From positions 347,634,001-347,698,000 of the forward strand of contig OZ024743.1 of the NCBI GenBank assembly GCA_964016885.1: 64,000 nucleotides of DNA, written 5' to 3'. The notes under the pieces were generated by a model. It saw only the letters and a list, made by a program, of their open reading frames with translations, did no database searches and was not told the DNA's origin. The position numbers and the translations under genes were made by a program. The DNA comes from Eledone cirrhosa. Taxonomy: Eukaryota. This document shows positions 52,872-64,000 of this stretch, piece after piece. Position 1 is the stretch's first letter, and each line of letters opens with the position of its first letter.

Positions 52872-53231
52872 TTGCCAAGCAGCATTAATAGTAGCAGAGT
52901 AACAATAACAATACCAAAAGCAGCAATATTAGCAGTGGCGCTAACAGCAACAGCAGCAGCAGTTACATTAGAACTAAGAATGGTCAGGATATTAGCTGAT
53001 TGCACGAATTTTAGTGTTCCCTGTGGAAATGTTGATATATTTACGAGAAATGGACACATAACCAACATGATAAGGTGACGCTGCCGATATTAACGCCACT
53101 TCCACTGTTGGACATGATATGTGGCCTGTCAAGTATGTAATACGAAGTTGATGGTTCAATCATCACTCCATACGTCACCGAGGGCCATACAATGGCTAAA
53201 GCCACACCTCTGCCTGTCATATATACATACA

Positions 53232-53281
<50 letters not shown>

Positions 53282-54360
53282 GCACACATGTGCGCACACA
53301 TATTTACAAACACACACACATCATACATACACACAAGCACACACACTGACACACACATATACACACATACGCACACATATATGTATATATATATATAAGC
53401 TGATGATTGCTCATCTTAGCAGTTTGCCACCTCCACACTTCTATTATTATAATGTCCCTCTATTCACCCACTCATCATTGAGCTGACACGAAAAACTAGC
53501 TTCTGTCCATAATTTTTATTTCCAATTATCCAGACATTTGACCCTTATCCATCCAAAACCCTGTCCACCATTAATCCTGGAAGCCGGTTTCAGTACTCTA
53601 CTGAGATACACGTTTATTGCTTCCTCGAATTTATATATTATACACCAAATACACACACTCCGTCACATACACAAATGCATACACATTCAGGTACACACAC
53701 ACACGCACACACACACACAAACTCACACATACAAATGTACACATACATGCACATACGCAGCAGCTCACTCAAACAGAGGGAGATAGATATACCGAGCAAA
53801 TGTATATAATGATATTACACGTGTACCGACTTAAACACTAAAATAAAAATCAAACATATGCATAAACATTTTGTTGTCGTTGGACCTTCGACAGTTTCGA
53901 TGAGGACCTTTCCAGTTGTTTGTACAACGAAACAGCCTGCTCATGAAATTAGCGTGCATGTAACTGAGCATTCCACAAATAAAAGTACCCTTAACGTATT
54001 TCTCGGTGTGGTTCAGCGTGACAATGCCAAGAGTTTGGCTTGTCGAATAACAGGTAGGAATAATTTTCGCTATCCGATTAGATTGGTGCAACGTAGAATA
54101 AGCTGTCTTGCGTAAAGACTTACAACTCTTAATGGATTCGAACACTGTAACCTTTAAGCCACACATCTTTACCCATTAAGATTAGATTTACGTAGTAAGA
54201 CATGGTGATACAATTCATGATAGTATTTCTGTTTAATTTCTATCATAATCTGAGTCACAACTCATATTCTTTTTCCAATGTAACTTTGCTCGGGCTAGAT
54301 ATTAATTCCATTCAATTGTCTATTCATAGAGTGTGTATTTGTGTGTGTGAAAGAGAGAGG

Positions 54361-54462
<102 letters not shown>

Positions 54463-57400
54463 CTGTGTGTGAGTGTGTTAATATATACAATACTGTCTCT
54501 GTTTTCGGGCGGGTGTCTATTCATTTTTAATTTATTATATTTAAAAATATCATAAGCTTGAATATGAGTGGATATGAAATACGGAGCGATTGAGCGATGC
54601 GAGGGACGTGTGTTTGCGAGTGTGGGCGAACAGAGTGTTAAACCTATGAGTAGGTTGTGTGTAAATGCGCACTTTATAATTATTAAACCATAATGCTAAT
54701 TGGGGTTTGAGTGTAAGGAGTCTTTGTTTGTGGGCGAAAGTGTATCGCAGACAATATTGATTTGAAATAGTTTCATTGTCTGAATAGATATTTTGGTCTT
54801 AAATTCAAACCTAATTTCAGTCGGGAACTCCTACAAAAGGTATGGTTCCAGGCTAGCAGCTAGAATGGTGGGTTCTTTCTCCCCTTAATATATGTACGTA
54901 TCACTCGCGCCTCTGGTTTATTTCTACAAAAAGTCTATGCATAATAACGTTAGTGATGTGCTTTTTCTGTAAATAAGATAATTCTTTTATCGATGGAATT
55001 TTGCAAATATGGCCCTTTTCTGTCGTTAGTTCCATTGAAGGTTTTCAGATGAGCTCTATTCTTTAATCGCACTGGTTTCACCGGAAAATGGTCGACCACA
55101 TGTAGCAAGTGGCATCTGGGATCAGCACTTTCTGGTTTTCTCAAGAATATGCAGTAAGTTCAATGTTCAAAGTTTCTTTTCCAGAACAGTTGACATTTGG
55201 ACAAAATATTTTCCAATTGCTTTTTTTCCTCAGAAATAAATTTGCTCTCTTTAAATTCAGATTTAAGAGTTACCTTGCTAAATTTAAGCACTTTCCTTCA
55301 TTTTAATATTTCTATTAGTACATTTATGTCAAACTTATTTTATTAGTTGCTTTATCGTCATCTGATTTGCAATATTTTATCTGGTATTTCATTGTCATCT
55401 TTCATTTCTTGTTTTAAATATGCATGGAATATAAATATTGTGGTATTATACAAACCACTTCTTGAAACTTTCACTTTTGATATTAGTGGTCTATCGGGCT
55501 TGTTTGCGTTATTTTGTGTAAAGAATATACAGGAATTCACCACTTTACTGCTTGAGTTTTGTGATATTGCATGGAGAAAATATTAGCTGGCTCTTTAGGT
55601 ACTGCGCGATTCATTTTCCTAAATAGAATTACACACTTAAATGGAATAATTTTTCATTTTTCTGTGTGCGTTTTTTGAAAGAGAACATTACAATGACTAG
55701 CAGAAAAATCACCCTTCGAGTGGTTTTCTGCTAGCATATGTAGTGTGTATATTGATATTATACACAAATATATATGCATGTAAATAAAATCGTAATTGAC
55801 AATATACACAGAAATTGAACGAAGACTGTGTTACACTGTCTTCTGTAATCAGTAACGTAATCCATGATACATTTAAAAAAAAGAAGATATTATATATAAA
55901 CTGCATTAGGAAAAATTTAGCGACGGAAATATATGCGATTATAAGTGTTATAATATAACGGCCGCTAACCGGAAGTGTTGACATTTGACAATTGTAAAGA
56001 AATGAATCTTTAAATAAGCTATAAAATATATTTAATCAATAGCCACGAAATTTACTAGATAAATTATGTAATATTCATTCATTATTTATTCAAATTAATC
56101 CAATTTATTTTACAAACGGGGTAAAGAAATATATATTCTGGATGCAGTCCCGCACTCCTTTCTTTATTATAGTTAACATGGATAAAGCACATGTATACCT
56201 GATTACATAATGAAAGTTATGTTGAAGGTATCACAAAAAAGGCACTACTACACAATCCATGAGCTAAACACTTCTCATTGGTAGGTATGTTCATATGTAA
56301 AATTGATTTTGTAAATTGTTTAAAGAATAAAACAATTTTAAAATAGATAATTCAATAAATTCCGTTGAGAATGATGTAAAAGAAGACCAAATAATAGTCA
56401 TCAAACAAGAAATACGCTATATGAATACAACCGTATATATGGTGTGTCTATGATTCTTAGAATTTCAAGAACTAATCCATTTCAACCAACACTTTATCCA
56501 AACAAATGCCAATATCTAAATACGAAGACAATAATGAATAAAAGAGTAAACATTTAGCAGCGCATAATAACTTATATATATCTCAGTTCTTTTGTATATT
56601 TCTATAGGTTTTATGGTGAGATGTCTTTGGAATCTTTAAGGCCAGCATACTTTAGCTGGCAGTCAAACATAGAATCAGATAAGATATATCTTGACTGATA
56701 TTCTTCAGTTTGAATCATTATTGAAGAATTAACCTTCAGGCAGTTTTCACTATTTGACCCTATTAAGAAGTTTGTATATTCCCTTCATTGTTTACTATTC
56801 GTATTTGCCTTACAGGCAACTTTTGCAACATTCGTGCTAATACATTCTATGCTGCTCTTTAAACGTCCTTCAGAAATTCTGTGCATCTATAATATACATA
56901 CACAAATATATATATAGACATCACTCTATGTGTATGCATATGCATAATAATACTGATCTGAACACAAATTTTTAAGAATAAAAGAATAATGGATTATCTT
57001 CTTCTCAATAGTTAAAGCTTATCGAATCGGTTTTGATATTGTGACGATCGTAACTAATCTATTTTCTTATCTTGCCTATCCAAGAAAGATTCTTTGAAAT
57101 ACATTGTACGAAAATTTTCGGACCTACTTCATAAATGGAAATTATTCTATAGAGTGCAAACCTATGTAGCTTTTTACTAAATGGCTAACACAGACAAATA
57201 CACACGCACACGCGATCATTGCAAGCATACAATAAACACACACACATATCTCTATATATACGTATGTGTGTCTGTGAGTGTGTGTGTGTGTGTATGTGTG
57301 CGTGTGCGCGCATATTTAGTTATTTATTTACTTATTTTTAAACATACATAAGCACTTAATAGATTTATACATATGTATACATACATATATATACATATCT

Positions 57401-57514
57401 ATATCACTATCTATCTATTTGTCTGTCTGTCTATCTATCTGTCTATCTATCTAGTTATCTGTCTGTTTGTCTATGTATCTATGTTTCCACATTTCTCTCG
57501 CTCTGTACATATAC

Positions 57515-57580
<66 letters not shown>

Positions 57581-57804
57581 TAACAGAAGGAGCCGGCGTT
57601 GCCCAAGTTAAAAAAAAAAATTTTAATTTCACTTAACACATCTTTAGGATATATTAGAGACTTGTACTAAACTGTTGCTTGTAGTTGCCATATGATTTCA
57701 TTCTTTGTTTCTTAATTCTTTTCACATGCTCGGGTTCTCTTATAACAGATGAAATATTGATGTAAATATTTGGTTTATTTTTATAAACGTGGCTGAATTG
57801 GTTC

Positions 57805-57938
<134 letters not shown>

Positions 57939-58167
57939 ATATATATATATATATATGTGTGTGCGTGTGTGTGTGTGTTATAGTTTATATATATATATAT
58001 ATATATGCATAACAATAATAATAATATTATTTATACTTATATATACACTATATATAATTATAATTATAAACAGGAAATGTCGGTAATTCATTACCACATT
58101 ATTACCAGTAAGAAAAATAGTTCAATGTAAGTACATTTTATGTTTTACAGAGCCGGAATATAAATTA

Positions 58168-59245
58168 CAGAATAATCAAAACTATGTTCAAAACATTTTA
58201 TTGCTGACAATCCTTTCTTCCAAAATTTCGTTTGGAATCATCGGAGCACTAGCAAAGTATAATTAACCTCCTATTCCACAGAACAATCGTAAAGATATAT
58301 AGATGTTAGTGTTGTCATTAACAGTGTCATATTTAAAGAGTGAAGATGATGTGGTCAGTATAAGTGGATGCGACAAAGATTATAAAAGAATAATACAACA
58401 ATTATAGAGGAATTAAATATGAAAGTTATTCGCAAATCGATGGCATTAGCAGTACATATGCAAGAGTATAGAAAGAGTGCAGATGTGTTAGGCATGTACG
58501 GAATAACCCGGTAAGAAACAAGCAATGGTACTAAGCATATATATCACGGTATGGCAAAGGTATCACATACTACAATATAGGTATAAAAGAATATTAAGCA
58601 AACAGAGATGTTTGGGTATGAAAGCAGTTTCTATGAAGTTTATGTTGGATGTAATGTGATAAATTGTTCTGGTAATGCTCAAATGTGCATGTGTTGTGAG
58701 TATTAATATCAAGGTTTTCCTTTCCATTACATTGGTTATATTTTAGTAAATGTTTATCAGTAGTTGCAACTGTGGATTGTATATTGGTCCTATTACAATC
58801 TTATCAAGGGTTCGAGATGTTCTAGAGTGATCTGTCTAACGGTTAGACAGATCACATGTATTGTATTATGTGATACCTTTGCCATACTGTGATATATATG
58901 GTTAGTACCATTACTTGTTTCTTACCTGGTTATCTGTACATGCCTAACACATCTGCACTCTTTCTATACACTTGCATATGTACTGCTAATGTCCCCGTTT
59001 TGCGAGTAACTTTCTTCTATAATTGTTGTATTATTCTTTTATAATCTTTGTCGCATCCACTTATACTGACCACATCATCTTCACTCTTTAAATATGACAC
59101 TGTTAATGACAACACTAACATCTATGTATCTTTACGATTGTACTGTGGAATAGGAGGTTAATTATATGTCTAAACTTTGCTAGTGCTCCGATGATTCCAA
59201 ACGATTGTCAGCAATAACATGTTTTAAACATAGTTTGATTATTCT
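58168..59245. mobile_element. ~400-bp inverted repeat pair, PLE pseudo-LTR-like
   Basis: 58168-58577 versus 58859-59245. Hammerhead near the outer ends and a perfect 14-bp palindrome at 58827-58855. Confidence 0.8.
58202..58248 (-). ncRNA. Type I hammerhead variant
   Basis: TGCT-CCGATGA-TTCCAAA(CGAAAT)TTTGGAA-GAAA-GGATTG-TC-AGCA. Confidence 0.7.
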
Positions 59246-60270
59246 AGTGTGGCAACAGGTCACTTTACCTGTCAGGTATTTCGGCCTTGGCTTCCGGTCC
59301 CCGATATCACTAGCTTTGCCGGCGTATCTTTCGTCGGCAACCTCGTGCCGCGCCCTCGTCAGCAGGGTTCTTCAAAACACAACAGAACCCTCTGTGTTCA
59401 GAGAACGTGAGGCCGCCTTTGAGACGTGGGACCGGCTGGGACTTAGCCCAGTACACGTCCCTCCTCATTCTCCCCATGTTGACGTCAAGTTCCCCCAACG
59501 CATTTGGGATGCCATCCAGTGCAACCTGTCCTCAGACAGGCTCACACGCCAGCTCGACCAGCATCACCTTGCTTGCTTGGTTTCGTGCGGTCTCCAAACC
59601 CCACAGTGGTTCCTGGTTCCTGGTTCCACGCTCAGCCCTCCTTCTCCACCGGCACACAGCTAGACAACCATAGCCTGCGCATCGGCGCGTTTCCCTGAGG
59701 CTTGGCCACCGGATCTGCCAGTCACACCAATGTCGCGTGGACTTTTTCGGCCTCCACCCGCTTTCCTGTCGCCACGGTGCCGGCCGCATTCCACGCGATG
59801 CTGCCCTCAACGAGGTCATTAAGCATGGCTTAGAAGCTGCAGGCTTCCCTTCCCAGCACGAGCTCGTGGGGCTGGATCGAGAGGACGGCAAAAGACCAGG
59901 TAGCATGACCATCTGCCCGTTCCACGGTGGAAAACCTCTCATCTGGGATGCCACTTGCACCGATATTTTCTGCAGCAGCAACCTGGTGCAATCTGCAACT
60001 GATCCAAGTTCTGCTGCACATCGGACTGAGGGGGCCAAACTCCTCAAATACCGGTCGCTCTCCGACAGGTTTGCGGTCGTACCCCTGGCAGTGGAGACTT
60101 CTGGTGTCCTCGGCCCCAGGGCTACCTCCTTACTCACCACCATAGGCTCTGAGCTGAGACGCAGGTGTGAGCCCCGCGAGTTGGAGTGGCCCTTCCAGCG
60201 CGTTTCCCTCGCTGATCTCCGGGAAAGGCCTTCTCCATTCTGTCCGCCGAGGCTGTGTGTGAGCCCCATC
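59246..60270 (+). mobile_element. CRE-type RLE non-LTR retrotransposon, 3' fragment
   Basis: WQQVTLPVRYFGLGFRS..ALPAYLSS, GLHPLSC..R..ALN, DGKRP(G)..IWDATC..K..KY..VPLAVETSG, with frameshifts. Confidence 0.85.
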
Positions 60271-60492
60271 GCGTACCGTTGTAGTTATTGTAGAAGAAAC
60301 ATGAAGACAACATCTAATCTAATATGTATTTATTCAACTATTGAGTACTCTGTATAAAAGATAGTCTATTGAAACGAGGATAAATAGAGAGAATAATTAT
60401 CTGTAATATGATGTAAAAAATAATAGTGTTTGAAATCCTAAAATAAAGAATAACGATGATAAATGTTTATTTATATATACATACATACATAC

Positions 60493-60603
<111 letters not shown>

Positions 60604-60604
60604 A

Positions 60605-61800
60605 GTTATGAAACGAAAGGAGCTGTGTGGTTACTAAAAACAAGGTTTAGGATGGTGGTTAGGACGGAACAGGAGGAGAAAGAAAGAAAGGAGTTTCCAT
60701 CGTCAGCTGTAAATGTTTCCCGAACCGACGTATCGGCGCTGAATTACTGGATATCGGTGTAGTTCGGGTGTGCTCGAGGCCTTTTATTAATCACAAAGCC
60801 AGGTGGAAAAGGAGAGAGAATGAGAGAAAAAAGGAGAGAGAAAACGAAAGAGAGGGAAATGGATGATGAGGGAAGAAAGAAGTGGGAAAATAGGAAAGGA
60901 ATAGAAGAAACAAGTGTACAGGTCCCATCGTGGGAGGACACAGCTGAAAGAAACATGCAAAAAAGTAACCGTGGAAAAATAGGGAAAGTAAGTTGTGGCC
61001 AACCTGGGAGACTTTAGCCTGGTGGTCAGCTACGACTCAGAGCTGGTATAATCGTGCTGCCTCTCACATAGACAGGAGAAAGTGAGAGAGAGACACGGGC
61101 AACCAAAAGTGAGGAGGAAAAGGGAAAGGGAGATAATACAGAAGGGTATTTTTACGACGGTGGTAAAAACGTGCCGCAAAGATTGCGGACAGAAAGGCCA
61201 CCACGGCACGTGTAAATATGTCAACAATCAAAACCGAACGGATGGATAGAGAGAGAGAGAGAGAGAGAGAGTGAGAGAGAGAGAAAAACGAGAGTGAGTA
61301 GAAGGGCAGAGAGAAGGGAGGGTCGATGCGAAAGTGTGGAGGAAACACAGATCGACCAAAGCAGGTAGGGTCACAGCGGTAAATACAAAATGTTATGAAA
61401 CGAAAGGAGCTATGTTGTTAGTAAAAACAAAGTTTAGGATGGTGGTTAGATCGGAATAGGAGGAGAAAGGAAGAAAGGAGTTTCCATCGTCAGCTGTAAA
61501 TGTTTCCTGAACCGATGTTTCGGCGCTGAATTACAGGACATCGGTGTAGTTCGGGTGCGCCCGGGGCCTTTTATTAATCAAAAAGCCAGGTGGAAAAGGA
61601 GAGAGAAAGAGAGAAAAAAGGAGAGAGAAAAGGAAAGAGAGGAAAAGAAGGAAGGAAAGAGAGGGAAAGGATGAGGTGGGAGGAAGAAGGAGAAAAATAG
61701 GAAAGGAATAGAAGAAAAAAAGTGTACAGGTCCCATCGTGGGAAGACAAGGTGCAAGAAACATGCAGAAAAGTAACCGTGGAAAAATAGGGAAAATATCG
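60605..61800 (-). repeat. Partial tandem repeat, period 787 bp (~400-bp direct repeats)
   Basis: 60605-~60990 matches 61392-~61795. Decayed hammerhead-like GGC...GCC-GAAACATC on the minus strand. Confidence 0.75.
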
Positions 61801-62768
61801 GGGAAAGCTTTTTAGCGATACTCCGGCCAAATTCCAACTCACTCAACAAACATTAGGAAATAAGTGAGTATATTCTTAATGTAACGTTCAAGTGCTAACT
61901 AAAAGTATTGCGTGGAAAATTGGCTGTATTATTTCATATGAGACATATCGAATATATCTCTTCCCAGACGGACGTCTCGTTTCATTATAGGATTCCTACA
62001 ATTTGGGTGAAATTATACCAATTTATGTAGGAGCTTGTATACCATCAATAGATATATATTCAAGTGGGCTCCTATAATTCATCAGTGGGTGCCCCAATAA
62101 TACTAATATTGATAATCTAACCAACATCAGTATTTAGCGATAATCATCATCTGTGCCTGAGATATCTGTCAGGTTGCCAGACCAGCAGTTCTAAAGAAAT
62201 GCTCAAACTGATTAAAAAATGAGGAAGTAAATTACCGCCAAAAAAAACAATACATGCGCATGACAATGAACTCTGAAAGGAATTCAGGCCACGTGCTAAG
62301 AACTCAATTGTATATATATGTACACATATATATATATGTACACATATGTATACATACATATATGTACACATATATATATACATACAAAAACGAAAATGTA
62401 TGTCTGTATGCAAAACATAAACTTGCACAATTTCCACCAGGTTATTTCGCTCCCGGATCATGTCAACATATAATTTAAATATTTCTGTCCCCTAAAATAG
62501 CAGAGTTCTGTGGCAATTTAAAGACGGCCATGTTGAGAAGGGCGGAGGTCTTTATTTACAGTGCCAATTGTGAGTTCGAGCAAGACTCTATATTTTACGT
62601 TGCTCCTGTTTATTTATGTTTCGAAATGAGTTGCGACGTCACTGGTGCAGAGCTATATCGACCATTGCTTTTCCCTTGGACAATATCGGTGGGTGCCAGG
62701 TGTTGTTTCATGGGGGGTAACTTTCTAGGTATAAAAACACATGCTCACCAGTGACCGATTGGGGCCTC

Positions 62769-62958
62769 TAATAATTGTTTCTACTTTTAGCACAAGGCCA
62801 GCAATTATCCAGTGCATTTCTGGTACTTTATTTTATCGACCCCGTAAGGATGAAAGGCAAAGTTAACCTCGGCGGGATTTGAAATCAGACCATAAAGGGC
62901 CGTAACACTTTGCTGCAAAGCATGGCGCCCGACCCTCTACCGATACTGCTAATCCACG
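62769..62958 (-). mobile_element. SINE copy, near full length, in (AAT)n context
   Basis: Complete head, core and tail. AATAAT runs on both sides. Confidence 0.85.
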
Positions 62959-63137
62959 AATAATAATAATAATAATTGTTTCTACTAATAATAATAATGA
63001 TATATATATATATCTAACGGTTAGACAGATCACCTGTATTGTATTGTGATACCTTTGCCATGCTGTTCTCTATACATATAATAATGACGTATTATATTCG
63101 TTTTTTCCCGTTCTTTGCCAGGGAACGTTTCCACGAA

Positions 63138-63262
<125 letters not shown>

Positions 63263-63517
63263 CCATTGATGTCTCTTATCGAAACGAGGCGAGTGTATAT
63301 TAAAATTCGTACAAAACACTGAACTGTTAAAACACCCAAATGCCGTCAAAGACTACGACGGGCAAAATGTCTCAGGATAGAGAGTTTCGGCAGAGATTCA
63401 ATTCGCGAGGTGGGTAATAGGTGGTCTTTGTCCTGGTGTTATTTTGATGATTCGCAGCTTTTATAGCGTTGAGTTTTCTCATTTTTGTATGAATTATACA
63501 CACACACACGCTCACAA

Positions 63518-63665
<148 letters not shown>

Positions 63666-64000
63666 TTTATGTTAGGCTGGCTATCATTGATTAGAGCTGC
63701 TGGTTCGGGCTGGTAAACAAATTAAAGTACTCAACGCAATGCACATCATCCATCGTAGATGTGGTTGCCAGTGGCTGGTGCAGCAACGGAGTTAATTATT
63801 CATTAAAATATGAACAGAAGGTCTGGATGAAAATTTCACTTTACAAATTTAATCCTACAAAATCACTATACATATTTAGATGCCTGAGCCGTATTATTCG
63901 AATATGATGTAAGACTTGACTATTTCATCAGGTGCCATTTGCAGAATTATTTAATTGATCCCAAATATTGAATAGGAGATAGAATATGCAAAAAAAAAAA

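Noticed and set aside
53045-53213. Possible host exon on the minus strand
   Set aside because: Short and unrecognisable. It cannot be distinguished from chance without RNA-seq.
56170-56700. Two exon-like segments on the plus strand
   Set aside because: In-frame stops and no consistent phase between them.

Overview
AT-rich, microsatellite-dense animal genomic DNA. The SINE and repeat content looks cephalopod/Octopus-like, which is my inference. No host gene can be identified with confidence and the window is almost all retroelement-derived. Bases 1-15.2 kb form an array built on one (TAA/ATT)n microsatellite: two R4/Dong-type RLE LINEs point left and three Tx1-clade APE LINEs point right, head-to-tail, each separated by (ATT)n. 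More decayed Tx1 copies lie at 26.2 and 40.9-44.4 kb. About 13 copies of a tRNA-derived Nin/Deu-type SINE end in a tail that matches the Tx1 3' end. Penelope-like elements (PLE) include a 3.8-kb palindromic insertion (46.6-50.4 kb) with hammerhead ribozymes. Next to it is a non-coding 442-bp hammerhead-bearing tandem unit (retrozyme-like), and several other hammerhead relics are scattered through the window. Also present are a CRE-type LINE fragment, Tc1/mariner-type MITEs and a piggyBac-like MITE carrying a tRNA-like sequence. All calls come from reading and manual alignment, so boundaries of decayed elements are approximate.
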